From contig CAMDJX010000002.1 in NCBI GenBank assembly GCA_945900735.1, forward strand, positions 964 to 64,963: 64,000 nucleotides of DNA, read 5' to 3'. Position 1 is the stretch's first letter; each line of letters starts with the position of its first letter. A program made the translations under genes and the position numbers. This DNA comes from Acidimicrobium ferrooxidans DSM 10331. GTDB taxonomy: Bacteria; Actinomycetota; Acidimicrobiia; Acidimicrobiales; Ilumatobacteraceae. The notes below the pieces were generated by a model that searched no databases, had not been told where the DNA came from, and saw only the letters and a list, made by a program, of their open reading frames with translations. Below, one piece after another: positions 37,247 to 49,261 of this stretch.

Positions 37247-38509
37247 ATGACCGACACCAGCACCCCCACCGACGACAACCCGCACAAGGCGGGAACCGTT
37301 CGCGCGGCACTTGCATCCCGCGATTTTCGCCTTGTTTGGTACGGAGCGTTCGCATCCAATATCGGTACTTGGATGCAAAATGTGGTGCTGCCCGCATACA
37401 TCTACCACCGCACGGGTAAAGCTTCGCTTGTCGGCTTGCTCATTTTTGCGCAATTGGGCCCTCTACTCTTCCTTTCCATTCCAGCCGGAGTTTTGGCCGA
37501 CAAATTCGAACGACGCAAGTGGCTTGTTTCAATGCAGATCGTTCAGCTTGTATTTTCGTGCGCACTAGCAGTGCTTGCTCTTGGCACGCCTGCCGTGTGG
37601 ATGCTGTTTCTCGCCGCACTTGGCGTTGGCATTGGCAACGCAATGAACGCGCCCGCATGGTCGGCAATGTTGCCATCACTTGTTCGACCGGAAGATCTCT
37701 CTGGTGCGCTCGCGCTCAACAGCACCGTGATCAACGGCTCGCGAGTTATCGGCCCAATCATCGTTGCTGTTTTTTCGCAATGGGGCGCGACCACGGCACA
37801 ATTCTTCTTTGTCAATGCAGCAACGTATCTTTTTGTCATCGTCGCACTGCTCAGCGTGAATATTCCTACATTCGTTCCCGACCCAACAAAGGGCTGGCGT
37901 CGCTTCACACGCGGGCTTGCAATCGCTCGTCATCGTCCGACTGTTCGTCGACTACTCATCACGCTGGCAACGTTTTCCTTCCTCTCACTCCCATACGTTG
38001 GGCTCTTTCCGGCAGTGGCGCGTCTTAACTTTGGTATTGCCGAAGACAGCAGTACCTATAAGTGGTTATATGCCACCTGGGGTTTTGGCGCCGCGCTTGG
38101 TGGTCTAGCCATTGGAACCACGTTTGCCCAAAGCGACAAGCGTCGCCTCATCCAATACGGCTTCGCAGGTTTTGCATTGTCAATGCTGTGTTTTGCGTTA
38201 TCGCGCTCGCCATTGCCAGCATTCATCTTTGGTTTCTTTCTTGGATTCGCGTACTTCTTTGCGACAACCGCAATGGTCACGGTGATTCAGAGCCGACTGG
38301 AGCCAGAAGTACGCGGGCGCGTGATGGCGCTTTGGTTTATGGCTTTTGGCGGAACCGTGCCACTGGGCAACTTGCTCTTTGGGCCACTAATCGATCGACA
38401 TGGTTCACAATGGTTGCTCTTGCTGGGCAGCGCTTGGGCGCTGTTTCTTGCTCGCTGGTGCGATATCAAATCACTCGACGAGGCGGCGATTAAAAACTCA
38501 ACTCGTTAA
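37247..38509 (+). CDS. MFS transporter
   Basis: About 420 aa with 12 predicted hydrophobic segments. The start is taken at MTDTSTP...FRLVWYGAFASNIG. The 3' end overlaps murF convergently by 12 nt. Confidence 0.8.
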   Translation: MTDTSTPTDDNPHKAGTVRAALASRDFRLVWYGAFASNIGTWMQNVVLPAYIYHRTGKASLVGLLIFAQLGPLLFLSIPAGVLADKFERRKWLVSMQIVQLVFSCALAVLALGTPAVWMLFLAALGVGIGNAMNAPAWSAMLPSLVRPEDLSGALALNSTVINGSRVIGPIIVAVFSQWGATTAQFFFVNAATYLFVIVALLSVNIPTFVPDPTKGWRRFTRGLAIARHRPTVRRLLITLATFSFLSLPYVGLFPAVARLNFGIAEDSSTYKWLYATWGFGAALGGLAIGTTFAQSDKRRLIQYGFAGFALSMLCFALSRSPLPAFIFGFFLGFAYFFATTAMVTVIQSRLEPEVRGRVMALWFMAFGGTVPLGNLLFGPLIDRHGSQWLLLLGSAWALFLARWCDIKSLDEAAIKNSTR

Positions 38510-39808
38510 TTGCTCTACGAGACGTTCTAATTGTGCGATTCGAGAACCCTTCACTAGCGCTACATCCCCCTCGCCTAGCCCGCGCCCAATCTCTGCGGCT
38601 TGTGCGATGTCGATGCTCGGGACGCCGTAGGCATCGGTATTCACCGCAACTAGTTCGATTCCGAGACGTTGCGCCAACGCTGCGATTTCACGATGCTCAC
38701 GGTCGGGGTTGGCGAGTTCGGCCATGAGCCCAACGAATGCAACACGACGCTTGGCATTCATCGATTGCAACGACTGCAACGCGGCACTCATTGAAGACGG
38801 GTTCGCGTTGTACGTGTCATCAACGACAACAGCACCACTGCCATTACGTATGACGTTCATGCGCATTGGCGAGAGCTTTGCTTCGCGCAACGATGCGGCA
38901 GCCAACTGCACATCTAGCTCCATCACGCCAGCAACGGCAACTGCAGCAAGCGCATTCATTGCCATGTGCGCGCCGGGCACACCAAGCGAAAAAGACACGG
39001 TCCCCCATGGTGTTGTCGCTGTTGCAGTTGGTCGAGCCAAATCGTCCAATTCACACGACTGCATTCGCACATCAGCATTGAGGTTCGTTCCATACGTGAG
39101 CACTGAAGCCTTGGTGCTTTCGCGCATTGCAACCACCCGCTCGTCGTCTGCATTAAGAATTGCCGTTCCCGAAGCATCCAACGCTTGCACCAATTCGGCC
39201 TTTGCTCGTGCCACACCCTCGATGCCGCCAACGCGCTCGGTGTGAGCCTCGGCTACTGCGGTAACCACTCCGATATGAGGCCGAGCAATTGAGCAAAGCC
39301 GCGAGATTTCGCCAAATCCGCGCATTCCCATCTCTAAGACCAACGCCTGCACATCGTCTGAAGCGTTTAACACGGTGATTGGCAGGCCCTGATCATTGTT
39401 GAAAGATTTGTCGCTCGCACACACTCGTAATTGATTTCCCAATGCTGCAGCAATGAAATCCTTTGTAGAGGTTTTCCCGACAGAGCCCGTCACTCCAACA
39501 ACACGCCCCACGAGTTGCGCATCCAGTTTTGCTCTTCCCCACGAACCAAGCTGCAACAAAGCCTGCAGCGTGTCATTCACTACGACAGCAGTACGACCTT
39601 CGGGTTCGCGGCAAGTGAGATAGGCACCGGCGCCTGCTTTCAGCGCGGCCGCAATAAATTCGTGCCCATCACGGTCGGCAACAATTGGTACAAACAGTTG
39701 CCCGGGTCGGATTGAACGCGAATCAAAACTGACGCCCGAAAGATGCGCGTTTTGACCAACGAGTACACCGTTAGTCGCTTTTGCCACATCGGCGGCCATT
39801 AAGCGCAT
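38498..39808 (-). CDS. murF: UDP-N-acetylmuramoyl-tripeptide--D-alanyl-D-alanine ligase
   Basis: 436 aa with a Mur ligase P-loop (GVTGSVGKTSTKD). The N-terminal DSR..RPGQLFV block is typical of MurF. Confidence 0.83.
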   Translation of the reverse strand: MRLMAADVAKATNGVLVGQNAHLSGVSFDSRSIRPGQLFVPIVADRDGHEFIAAALKAGAGAYLTCREPEGRTAVVVNDTLQALLQLGSWGRAKLDAQLVGRVVGVTGSVGKTSTKDFIAAALGNQLRVCASDKSFNNDQGLPITVLNASDDVQALVLEMGMRGFGEISRLCSIARPHIGVVTAVAEAHTERVGGIEGVARAKAELVQALDASGTAILNADDERVVAMRESTKASVLTYGTNLNADVRMQSCELDDLARPTATATTPWGTVSFSLGVPGAHMAMNALAAVAVAGVMELDVQLAAASLREAKLSPMRMNVIRNGSGAVVVDDTYNANPSSMSAALQSLQSMNAKRRVAFVGLMAELANPDREHREIAALAQRLGIELVAVNTDAYGVPSIDIAQAAEIGRGLGEGDVALVKGSRIAQLERLVEQLTS

Positions 39809-39874
39809 AGGTAAACGCTACCAAAGAAACTTTTTGGCACAGCCGACCCCGTCAATTGCTAGTACCGTGTTTTC

Positions 39875-40918
39875 ATGGCTTCGACGCAACGCATTCACGT
39901 TGTTGTTCTGTTCGGCGGCCAATCTGCGGAACACGACGTCAGTTGCGTGACCGCAGCTCATGTGATTAAGGCTCTCGACTCGAGTAAATACGACATCACA
40001 GCCGTAGGCATAACGCGCGAGGGCAAGTGGGTTGTTGCTCAACCACAAGTAGGAGTTTTGGTTGCCGAAGGCGAGCCAACCTCTATCACGCCAATTGTCG
40101 AACAGGCGCGCGGTGACGCACGAACAGTTATCTTCCCTCTACTTCACGGCCCACTCGGCGAAGACGGAACCATCCAAGGTGTTCTCGAACTTGCCAACAT
40201 TGCATACGTTGGCACGGGCGTGTTGGGCAGCGCAGTTGCAATGGATAAGGGCGTTGCTAAACAAGTACTCCACGCAAACGGCATACCGCAGCCAAAATAT
40301 GTCTCCCTACGTGAGGCACATGTCAATGAGGCAGCGCTGCTTCACGCCGCCGACACACTTGGCCTGCCCGTTTTTGTGAAACCAGCCAATATGGGATCTT
40401 CGGTAGGAGTTTCCAAGGCCCACTCGATAGATGAAATGCGCAGCGCTATACAGCAAGCACTGACGTACGACGAATGGGTACTGATTGAAGAAGCGGTTGT
40501 TGGTCGAGAAATAGAAGTTGCCGTGCTTGGAAACGTGCATGCACGAGCATCAATTCCCGGAGAGATCATCCCCGGCAACGAGTTTTACGATTACGCCGAC
40601 AAGTACATCGGCGATGGCGCGCAACTTATTGTTCCCGCAAACCTCACCGCCGATGAAATTGAAGCAGTGCAACATCTAGCGATTGTGATTTTCCACACGC
40701 TCCGAGCCGAAGGAATGGCCCGTGTCGATTTCTTCTACGAACAAAATGGGCGTGGGTTTCTCTGCAATGAGATAAACACCATTCCTGGCTTCACACCAAT
40801 ATCCATGTACCCCAAGCTCTGGCAAGCGTCGGGCATGTCTTACCCCGCGTTACTTGATGAATTGATAACCCTTGCGCTCGACCGCTTCTCGCGCCGACGA
40901 CGCAACACTGCACACTAA
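39875..40918 (+). CDS. ddl: D-alanine--D-alanine ligase
   Basis: 347 aa with FGGQSAEHDVS, HGPLGEDGTIQG and ATP-grasp blocks. The C-terminus reads EINTIPGFT. Confidence 0.92.
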   Translation: MASTQRIHVVVLFGGQSAEHDVSCVTAAHVIKALDSSKYDITAVGITREGKWVVAQPQVGVLVAEGEPTSITPIVEQARGDARTVIFPLLHGPLGEDGTIQGVLELANIAYVGTGVLGSAVAMDKGVAKQVLHANGIPQPKYVSLREAHVNEAALLHAADTLGLPVFVKPANMGSSVGVSKAHSIDEMRSAIQQALTYDEWVLIEEAVVGREIEVAVLGNVHARASIPGEIIPGNEFYDYADKYIGDGAQLIVPANLTADEIEAVQHLAIVIFHTLRAEGMARVDFFYEQNGRGFLCNEINTIPGFTPISMYPKLWQASGMSYPALLDELITLALDRFSRRRRNTAH

Positions 40919-40946
40919 ATATTTTGCAGTGAGCTGAACTAAATCC

Positions 40947-41555
40947 TTACAGGCCAGATGCCGGAATATTGATGTTTTGTCCTGGAGTGATCAGGACGTC
41001 AGAACTCTGCCATCCATTTACAGACAACAGCGCACCAAGTGAAACACAGAATTTGCGACGAATGATGTACAACGAATCACCGCGAGCAACTTGGTAGGTG
41101 CCCGCTGGCCGTGGATCGCAACCCGTGGCACTTGGCCCTGCGGAGATATCTGGCGAAATAGGAATAGTTGGGTTGGACACCATCGCTGTTGGCGGAATCT
41201 TCAGCTGCGTACCTGCATACGGAAACTGTGCTGACGAAACAAGGCCGTTCCATGCCAGCAATTCGGCAACCGTGATTCCAAAAAGATTGGCAACCAATAT
41301 CGGCGAGTCGCCCTGACGAACGGTGTAGGTCTGCTCGACACCAACCGAGCCAGGAGGCAGCGTCGTCACGATGTTTGGCAACGTTGTCTCCACAGGAGGA
41401 ATGGTTTGAAAGTCGGTTGGGCCAACGGGGACAATCGTGGTGGCACTTCCCGATATCTCGGTGCTGCATGCTCCAATGAAAAAGATTGCAGCCAATGCAA
41501 GAGAACCATGCACTACGGCTTTACGTGTGCGAATTGGTGCTGATGACTTTTCCAT
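40947..41555 (-). CDS. Lipoprotein with two LysM domains
   Basis: It has the lipobox FIGAC and two LysM repeats (YTVRQGDSPILVANLFGITVAELLAWN; YQVARGDSLYIIRRKFCVSLGALLSVN). Confidence 0.8.
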   Translation of the reverse strand: MEKSSAPIRTRKAVVHGSLALAAIFFIGACSTEISGSATTIVPVGPTDFQTIPPVETTLPNIVTTLPPGSVGVEQTYTVRQGDSPILVANLFGITVAELLAWNGLVSSAQFPYAGTQLKIPPTAMVSNPTIPISPDISAGPSATGCDPRPAGTYQVARGDSLYIIRRKFCVSLGALLSVNGWQSSDVLITPGQNINIPASGL

Positions 41556-41600
41556 TGCCCACTTACACTAGGCGAAACGCCTCTTGGATTGGAGGTGGGT

Positions 41601-43052
41601 TCACGCCAATGGTCGAGCAGAGGAGACGATTGGTGACGGCAACGTCGTCGCGCCCATCAAACGTTCGTCTACCGCTGCAGCGCAAGCACGACCTTCGGCA
41701 ATTGCCCACACAATCAAACTTTGTCCCCGACCCATGTCGCCCGCAACAAAAACACCAGGAACGTTGGTGGCGTAAGTATCAGTTCTTGCAATGTTTCCAC
41801 GATCGTCAAGCGCTACACCCAATTGATCTAGCCACGAATCCTTTTCCGGGCCAACAAAGCCCAATGCAAGCAACACAAGATCGCAGGGCAATTCGCGTTC
41901 TGTACCTTCGACAATTTCAAATTTTCCGTTATTCAAAACGACTTCATTCAAAACAAGCGCACGGACGTTGCCATGCTCGTCGGCAAGGAATCGGTCGGTG
42001 TTCACGCTGAATACCCGCTCGCCACCCTCTTCATGAGCGGACGACGTGCGATAGATCATGCTCCACTGCGGCCAGGGGTTTGTTCCTGCTCGCAAATCTG
42101 GAGGTCGCGGCATGATTTCCAATTGAGTAATTGATGCTGCGCCTTGACGAATAGCGGTTCCCAGACAATCGGCCCCGGTATCTCCGCCTCCAATGATCAC
42201 CACGTGTTTGCCACGTGCACTAATCGACGTTTCTTCGATGTCGCCCTGTTGAACACGGTTTGCTGGGGGCAGATACTCCATGGCTTGATAGATACCGCCC
42301 AGTTCGCGACCAGGCACCGGCAAGTCGCGCCATGATGTTGCGCCGCAAGCCAGCACCAACGCGTCGTGCGATGCCATAAGTACGTCGATATCGACATTGT
42401 CACCAACCGCGGCGTTCGTACGAAACTCGGTTCCCTCTTGTTTCATCTGCTCGACCCGGCGATCAATGTGGCGCTTTTCCATTTTGAATTCGGGAATTCC
42501 GTACCGCAACAAACCGCCAATGCGGTCGGCTCGCTCCAACACGACAACATCGTGCCCGGCACGTGTGAGTTGTTGTGCTGCCGCCAGACCAGCCGGCCCA
42601 GACCCGATGACAGCCACTCGTTTGCCCGTCTTGTAATTCGAAATATGCGGAGTTACCCAACCTTCGTTCCAGGCACGATCGATGATCTCTACTTCCACCT
42701 GTTTGATTGAGACCGGGTCTTGATTAATTCCGAGTACACATGCCGATTCGCATGGTGCAGGACATAAGCGTCCCGTGAATTCGGGAAAGTTGTTTGTGGC
42801 ATGCAGTCGCTCGAGCGCGTCAAACCAATGATCGCGATACACCAAATCGTTCCAGTCAGGAATTAAATTGCCAAGCGGACAGCCGTTGTTGCAAAACGGA
42901 ATGCCGCAATCCATGCAGCGTCCAGCCTGATGAACCAATTCAGATTGGGGAAACGGCTCGTACACCTCTTTCCAGTCGGCAACTCGAACTGGTATTGACC
43001 TGCGCTTCGGCGAGGTTCTTCCCCACTGAATAAAACCGGTTGGCTCACCCAT
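41601..43052 (-). CDS. gltD: Glutamate synthase small subunit
   Basis: 483 aa with Fe-S Cys clusters ([19 protein letters not shown]) and FAD/NAD motifs ([12 protein letters not shown]). Confidence 0.92.
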   Translation of the reverse strand: MGEPTGFIQWGRTSPKRRSIPVRVADWKEVYEPFPQSELVHQAGRCMDCGIPFCNNGCPLGNLIPDWNDLVYRDHWFDALERLHATNNFPEFTGRLCPAPCESACVLGINQDPVSIKQVEVEIIDRAWNEGWVTPHISNYKTGKRVAVIGSGPAGLAAAQQLTRAGHDVVVLERADRIGGLLRYGIPEFKMEKRHIDRRVEQMKQEGTEFRTNAAVGDNVDIDVLMASHDALVLACGATSWRDLPVPGRELGGIYQAMEYLPPANRVQQGDIEETSISARGKHVVIIGGGDTGADCLGTAIRQGAASITQLEIMPRPPDLRAGTNPWPQWSMIYRTSSAHEEGGERVFSVNTDRFLADEHGNVRALVLNEVVLNNGKFEIVEGTERELPCDLVLLALGFVGPEKDSWLDQLGVALDDRGNIARTDTYATNVPGVFVAGDMGRGQSLIVWAIAEGRACAAAVDERLMGATTLPSPIVSSARPLA

Positions 43053-46000
43053 TGATTGGCTCCATTACTCGCTGCAGTGTTTCTTCTTCGGACAAGCCTT
43101 GTGTTCGAGCACTTTCAAGAATGCCCATCACGCGCGCATAGTCGCGTGGCATCACAACGCGGAACCGGGCGGCAACAGTTTCCCAATCGTCGATCATTCG
43201 TTCAGCAAGTGGCGAACGCGTTGCCGCGTGGTGCTGGGAGATGATGTCGAGCAACCACTTTTGGTCTACGTCGGAGGTATCGAGCACATCCACCATCTCG
43301 GTATTCACGCGTTCGCCGAACGTACCGTCGTGATCGTAAACGTACGCAACTCCACCAGACATTCCGGCAGCAAAGTTGCGACCAGTAGCGCCGAGAACAA
43401 CCACTCTGCCACCAGTCATGTATTCACAGCCGTGGTCGCCAACACCTTCGACAACCGCAGTCGCTCCGGAGTTCCGCACACAGAAACGCTCGCCAACAAG
43501 CCCGTTGATAAAGATCTGGCCGGATGTCGCCCCGTAGCCAATTACATTTCCTGCAATCACGTTCTCTTCAGGAGCAAATGTTGCGCGCTCGCTTGGCCGC
43601 AACACTATTTTCCCACCCGAAAGACCCTTGCCCAAATAGTCATTCGAGTCGCCGAACAGTGTCAGTGAAATACCGCGAGGTATAAATGCGCCGAAGCTTT
43701 GGCCGGCGGAGCCATCAAAACGAATGGCAATAGTGTCATCTGGCAAGCCTGCACCACCCCACTTCTTCGTCACTGCACTTCCAAGCATTGTGCCGACCGT
43801 GCGATTGACGTTGCTGACCGGACGCGAAATAGATACGGCAACACCGTCTTCAACCGCAGCGCTGCAAGCGTTAATCAATTCGGTGTCGAGCGCATCTTTC
43901 AGGCCGTGCTCCTGTGCCACCGACTGATGGCGCGTTTGTTTGTAAGGGTTTTGCGGAATGGCAAGTATTGGTGAGATGTCAAGGCCGCGTGCTTTCCAGT
44001 GAGAAACAGCAGTTCGCGTATCCAAGGCCTCTACACATCCGATTGCTTCTTGCAGTGTGCGGAAACCAAGCAGTGCTAAGTACTCGCGAACCTCTTCGGC
44101 AATGTATTCGAAAAAGTTGACGACAAATTCGGGTTTGCCATTAAATCGTTTTCGTAGTTCTGGGTTTTGCGTTGCAATACCAACGGGGCATGTGTCGAGG
44201 TGACACACCCGCATCATCACACAACCGCTCACCACTAGTGGTGCGGTGGCGAAGCCGTACTCCTCCGCGCCCAACAATGCAGCAACGATGACATCTCGGC
44301 CGGTCTTCAATTGTCCGTCTGCTTGCACAACGATTCGATTTCGCAATCCATTCAATAACAATGTTTGCTGAGCCTCTGCAAGGCCAAGTTCCCAAGGGCC
44401 TCCCGCATGTTTTAGCGAAGTCAGTGGCGATGCGCCCGTGCCGCCATCGTGCCCAGAGATAAGAACCACGTCAGCTTTTGCTTTGCTCACGCCGGCAGCC
44501 ACGGTTCCGATACCAACTTCCGCAACCAACTTCACATGCACACGTGCAGCAGGGTTGGAATTCTTCAGGTCGTGAATGAGTTGTTTCAAGTCTTCAATGG
44601 AGTAAATGTCGTGGTGCGGCGGTGGGCTGATTAACCCAACGCCTGGGGTGCTGTACCGAGTTTTTGCAATCCATGGGTACACCTTGTGTCCCGGCAACTG
44701 ACCGCCCTCGCCAGGCTTCGCGCCCTGTGCCATCTTGATCTGCAAGTCGTCGGCGTTCACCAAGTACTCGCTTGTCACTCCAAACCGACCAGACGCAACT
44801 TGTTTAATTGCCGAGCGCTTCGAGTCGCCGCTTGCGGGCGCAATCAAGCGCTCCGAATCCTCACCACCTTCACCAGTGTTGCTCTTGCCGCCAATTCGGT
44901 TCATTGCAATAGCAAGCGTTTCGTGAACTTCGGCAGAAATTGAGCCATAGCTCATAGCACCAGTAGAGAAGCGCTTGACGATGCTTTCCACGGGTTCTAC
45001 TTCGGCGATGTCGATTGGTTTTCGAGTTGCATCGAACTCGAACAATCCCCTCAAGGTAGAAAGGACACGCGATTGGTCATCAACCGATTTTGTGTACTGC
45101 TTGAACACGTCATATCTGCCCGCACGCGTGGCGTGTTGCAGCTTGTAAACAGTCTCGGGATTAAATAGGTGGTGCTCACCTTCGCGACGCCACTGATATT
45201 CACCACCGATTTCTAATTGTCTGTGGACGCGCTGATCAGGTCGTGATGGATGGGCAATGGCATGACGTGCCGAAACCTCTTGAGCAATCTCTCCAAGCCC
45301 GATGCCACCCACTCGCGAAACAGTGCCAGTAAAGAATTCATCGACTAATTCAGAGTTCAAACCAAGTGCTTCAAAAATTTGCGCGCCCGTGTACGAAGCA
45401 ACGGTAGAGACGCCCATCTTCGACATCACCTTGAGCACGCCTTTGCCAGCAGACTTGATGTAGTTGGCAATCACTTTTTGCGCATCAGCACCACCGAGCC
45501 CGTGCAGACCTTTGCCGTCATCGGCCAAAATCATGTCTTCAATTGATTCGAATGCGAGATACGGGTTGATCGCGCCAGCCCCGTACCCAACCAACAAGGC
45601 CATGTGATGCACTTCTCGTGCATCTCCGCTCTCAACAATCAGCCCAACCTGTGTTCGCTTTTTTTCACGAATGAGATGGTGATGAATTGCACTCGTCAAT
45701 AGAAGCGATGGAATCGGCGCAAACACTTCGTCACTGTTGCGGTCGGAAAGCACAATGATGCGGGCGCCCGCTTCGATTTCGGTACTTGCCTGCTGACGTA
45801 GCGTGTCCAGCGCCGAGCGCAGACCCGCCTCGCCTTCGGCAACTCGGTATAGCCCCGAAAGCACGACCGACTTCAAATGCGGGTAAACATCGTCGTCATT
45901 GATGTGAATGATTTTGGCTAGGTGATCGTTATTGATCACAGGGAAGGGAAGCACCAACTGCCGACAATGCTCTGGCCCTGCCTCGAGCAAGTTGCTCTCG

Positions 46001-47613
46001 GGGCCAACTGCGGTGCCAATGGATGTGACTACCTCTTCACGAATTGCATCTAGTGGCGGATTGGTTACTTGAGCAAATAGCTGCTGGAAATAATCAAACA
46101 GCAATCGAGGACGAGCCGACAACACCGCAATTGGTGTATCGGTTCCCATTGAGCCAATTGGTTCGGCCCCACTCTTCGCCATCGGTGCAAGAATGATCTT
46201 GAGTTCTTCGTGCGTGTAGCCAAAAACTTGTTGCCTGCGCAACACGCTGTCGCTGCTAAACACCACGTGCTCTCTGGCCGGCAGATCGCCAAGTTCGACC
46301 AACCCTGCTTCGAGCCACTGTTCGTACGGAAGCGCCGAGGCCAATTCCTGTTTGACCTCTTCGTCGGACACGATTCGCTTTTGTGCTGTGTCGACGAGCA
46401 ACATTTTTCCTGGCCGGAGACGACCTTTACGCACGACATTGGCTTGATCAATATCGACAACACCGACTTCGCTGGCCATGATCAAGATGTCATCATTCGT
46501 CACCCAGTACCGGCTCGGACGCAAACCGTTTCGGTCGAGTACTGCGCCAATCAAAGTGCCATCGGTAAACGCAACACAGGCGGGGCCATCCCATGGCTCC
46601 ATCAATGATGCGTGAAAGCGATAGAACGCACGCTTCTTCGCATCCATCTTCTTATTGTTTTCCCAAGCCTCTGGGATCATCATCAACATTGCGTGTGGCA
46701 ATGATCGACCGCCTAAATGCAACAACTCCAGCACTTCGTCGAAGGACGCAGAGTCCGAACCGCCCGATGCACAAATTGGGAAGGCGCGCTCCAATCCAGG
46801 AATGAGCGGACTAGAGAGAAGCGACTCGCGGGTACGCATCCAATTTCGATTTCCTTGCACAGTGTTGATCTCGCCGTTGTGCGCAATGAATCGATACGGG
46901 TGCGCAAGCGGCCATGACGGAAATGTGTTGGTAGAAAAACGGCTGTGAACAAGCGCCAGCGACGACTCGACACGTTCGTCATTCAATTCTGGAAAAAATG
47001 AAGCCAACTGAGGAGTGGTGAGCATTCCTTTGTAGATGAGCGTGCGCGAAGATAGCGAAGGAAAATACGTGCGCTCATCGGAAAGAAGTTCATGTTCGAT
47101 GCGCTTTCGAGCAATAAACAGTTTCCGATCGAGATCAATTTCGGTAAGACCAGATTTGCTTGCAATAAACACGTGCGCGAAGTACGGCATGACCGCCTTA
47201 GCGCTTGCCCCAATGCTCGATGGATCGACAGGAACTTCTCGCCAACCAAGCACTTCCAATTGTTCTTCATTGGCAATCTGCGTAATTGAACGCAGCGCAT
47301 TCGTGCGATGCTCCTCGTCGGTTGGCAAGAATGCCAAGCCAACTCCATAGCCACCCACTGCCGGCAGTGGGAAACCAGCTACCTCCGAAAGGAAGCGGTG
47401 TGGAATTTGAATGAGTACTCCTGCGCCATCGCCAGTGTCTGCCTCGGCACCCGTTGCCCCGCGATGTTCCATGCTGCACAGCGCGCCGATACCCATCGAC
47501 ACGATGTTGTGCGAGCGACGTCCTTGAATGTCAACGACGAACGAGACGCCACATGCGTCGTGTTCAAATCGTGGGTCGTATAAGCCGCTTGCAGGCGGCA
47601 AGAGATGTTGCAT
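43045..47613 (-). CDS. gltB: Glutamate synthase large subunit
   Basis: 1522 aa with the N-terminal amidotransferase Cys (HDACGVSF), FMN and 3Fe-4S domains, and a GXGXG C-terminal beta-helix. Confidence 0.95.
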   Translation of the reverse strand: MQHLLPPASGLYDPRFEHDACGVSFVVDIQGRRSHNIVSMGIGALCSMEHRGATGAEADTGDGAGVLIQIPHRFLSEVAGFPLPAVGGYGVGLAFLPTDEEHRTNALRSITQIANEEQLEVLGWREVPVDPSSIGASAKAVMPYFAHVFIASKSGLTEIDLDRKLFIARKRIEHELLSDERTYFPSLSSRTLIYKGMLTTPQLASFFPELNDERVESSLALVHSRFSTNTFPSWPLAHPYRFIAHNGEINTVQGNRNWMRTRESLLSSPLIPGLERAFPICASGGSDSASFDEVLELLHLGGRSLPHAMLMMIPEAWENNKKMDAKKRAFYRFHASLMEPWDGPACVAFTDGTLIGAVLDRNGLRPSRYWVTNDDILIMASEVGVVDIDQANVVRKGRLRPGKMLLVDTAQKRIVSDEEVKQELASALPYEQWLEAGLVELGDLPAREHVVFSSDSVLRRQQVFGYTHEELKIILAPMAKSGAEPIGSMGTDTPIAVLSARPRLLFDYFQQLFAQVTNPPLDAIREEVVTSIGTAVGPESNLLEAGPEHCRQLVLPFPVINNDHLAKIIHINDDDVYPHLKSVVLSGLYRVAEGEAGLRSALDTLRQQASTEIEAGARIIVLSDRNSDEVFAPIPSLLLTSAIHHHLIREKKRTQVGLIVESGDAREVHHMALLVGYGAGAINPYLAFESIEDMILADDGKGLHGLGGADAQKVIANYIKSAGKGVLKVMSKMGVSTVASYTGAQIFEALGLNSELVDEFFTGTVSRVGGIGLGEIAQEVSARHAIAHPSRPDQRVHRQLEIGGEYQWRREGEHHLFNPETVYKLQHATRAGRYDVFKQYTKSVDDQSRVLSTLRGLFEFDATRKPIDIAEVEPVESIVKRFSTGAMSYGSISAEVHETLAIAMNRIGGKSNTGEGGEDSERLIAPASGDSKRSAIKQVASGRFGVTSEYLVNADDLQIKMAQGAKPGEGGQLPGHKVYPWIAKTRYSTPGVGLISPPPHHDIYSIEDLKQLIHDLKNSNPAARVHVKLVAEVGIGTVAAGVSKAKADVVLISGHDGGTGASPLTSLKHAGGPWELGLAEAQQTLLLNGLRNRIVVQADGQLKTGRDVIVAALLGAEEYGFATAPLVVSGCVMMRVCHLDTCPVGIATQNPELRKRFNGKPEFVVNFFEYIAEEVREYLALLGFRTLQEAIGCVEALDTRTAVSHWKARGLDISPILAIPQNPYKQTRHQSVAQEHGLKDALDTELINACSAAVEDGVAVSISRPVSNVNRTVGTMLGSAVTKKWGGAGLPDDTIAIRFDGSAGQSFGAFIPRGISLTLFGDSNDYLGKGLSGGKIVLRPSERATFAPEENVIAGNVIGYGATSGQIFINGLVGERFCVRNSGATAVVEGVGDHGCEYMTGGRVVVLGATGRNFAAGMSGGVAYVYDHDGTFGERVNTEMVDVLDTSDVDQKWLLDIISQHHAATRSPLAERMIDDWETVAARFRVVMPRDYARVMGILESARTQGLSEEETLQRVMEPING

Positions 47614-47692
47614 CGTCGTCCTTATGAATGATCAGGAAGCGGGGAAACCCGCTCGGGACGACGCTGGCCCGTAACGAAACTCTAGCCAGTAG

Positions 47693-48547
47693 TTAGCCGA
47701 AAATGCTGCTCGAACTAAATTTTGGCGGTCGCTTCTCAAAATGTGACATCACTGCTTCAACCTGATTCGCCCCGCCGATCAACTTGCCAATCACTTCTCG
47801 CTCTGCAGCAAATTGCTGTGCCGCCCCATCGTTGGCCATCAGATTGATCAATTTCTTCGCCCCCCGAACCGCATCTGGGCTGCGGCCGGATATTTCTTGA
47901 GCAAGGTCCATCGCCTCTGCATGCGGGGTCTTCGATAACCGGGTGACCACGCCAAGCTCGAAACCTTCGGCGCCCGAAAACACCCTTGCGCTGAACACCA
48001 AATCCTTGACGATGTCGGGACGCACCAACCGGCTCAGCATCAACGTGCCTGTCATGTCTGGAATGAGACCCCAATGCACTTCACGCACGGACAACTGCGT
48101 ATCTGGATGCACAATACGAATGTCTGTGCCAAGCGCGATTTGCATTCCGCCGCCAAGTGCATGCCCATGAACAGCAGCGATTACTGGAACAGGAACTTCT
48201 TGCCAGACCCAACACACTTGTTGGGCAAGGTGAGTGATGCGTCCGTCGGACATTCCTCCTGCGTTAACCGAGCCGCCCTGCCCAGACGAACCCTGCGCCA
48301 TTGCCTGAAACGAACCGAAGTCGAGGCCAGCACAAAACGACGCGCCATCACCGGACAGCACCACGACACGGAGTTCTGGAAGTGTTTTCAAATAGTCGCC
48401 GGCAGCGGCAAGCGACGTAAACATCGCGTTGTCCAGCGCATTGCGTTTGTCCGCGCGGTTCATTCGCACATCTGCGATGCCGTCCTCGATCGCGATTGTC
48501 ACTCGATCCTCGGTCACCCCTGGTATTGAACTGTTGGCTGCGCTCAT
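47693..48547 (-). CDS. Enoyl-CoA hydratase/isomerase (crotonase) family protein
   Basis: Crotonase oxyanion blocks are present: FCAGLDF and HGHALGGGMQIALGTDIR. I prefer the ATG at 48547. Confidence 0.8.
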   Translation of the reverse strand: MSAANSSIPGVTEDRVTIAIEDGIADVRMNRADKRNALDNAMFTSLAAAGDYLKTLPELRVVVLSGDGASFCAGLDFGSFQAMAQGSSGQGGSVNAGGMSDGRITHLAQQVCWVWQEVPVPVIAAVHGHALGGGMQIALGTDIRIVHPDTQLSVREVHWGLIPDMTGTLMLSRLVRPDIVKDLVFSARVFSGAEGFELGVVTRLSKTPHAEAMDLAQEISGRSPDAVRGAKKLINLMANDGAAQQFAAEREVIGKLIGGANQVEAVMSHFEKRPPKFSSSSIFG

Positions 48548-48601
48548 GAAATGCTCCCTGCTGTTCGGTCCCACCTATCGTGGCATGGCACACTTGACGA
48601 T

Positions 48602-49246
48602 ATGCAACTGAACCTTTCTGCCGATGAAGTACTGAAGTCCACCCGCAGCGTGCGCAAGCGCCTGGATTTTGACCGCCCCGTCAGTCGCGCCGTTGTTGAG
48701 GAATGCCTGGACATTGCGCTGCAAGCGCCAACGGGTGGCAACCGTCAGGGTTGGCATTGGATTGTTGTTGAAGATGCCGCAAAGAAAAAAGCGCTGGCCG
48801 ACATCTACCGAGCCAACTGGGCGATTTATGCAACCCTGCCAGGCGGCCGCCCTACAGGCGACTCACGCGACGAACAAATGCCGCGAGTGCGCGACTCGGC
48901 AACATTTTTGTCTGAGAATTTTGAGCGTGCACCAATGCTGATGATCCCCTGCATCGAAGGACGCATTGAAAACGTTGACGTGGCTACCGGTGCCGGAGCA
49001 TGGGGTTCGCTATTGCCCGCCGTATGGAGTTTCATGTTGGCCCTACGCGGCAGAGGAATGGGCTCTGCATGGACAACCATTCACCTGATGATGGACGGTG
49101 AAAAGAAAGCGGCAGAGCTGCTGGGTATTCCATACGAGAAAGTGACGCAAGGCGGCCTCTTCCCCATCGCTTACACCGTTGGCACCGAATTTAAGCCGGC
49201 GCAACGCCTACCACTAGAAAAAGTCCTTCATTGGGACAAGTGGTAA
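48602..49246 (+). CDS. Nitroreductase family protein
   Basis: About 214 aa. The STRSVRKRL...PTGGNRQGWHW block is typical of FMN nitroreductases. I prefer the ATG at 48602. Confidence 0.75.
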   Translation: MQLNLSADEVLKSTRSVRKRLDFDRPVSRAVVEECLDIALQAPTGGNRQGWHWIVVEDAAKKKALADIYRANWAIYATLPGGRPTGDSRDEQMPRVRDSATFLSENFERAPMLMIPCIEGRIENVDVATGAGAWGSLLPAVWSFMLALRGRGMGSAWTTIHLMMDGEKKAAELLGIPYEKVTQGGLFPIAYTVGTEFKPAQRLPLEKVLHWDKW

Positions 49247-49261
49247 TTCGTTAGCAATTAA

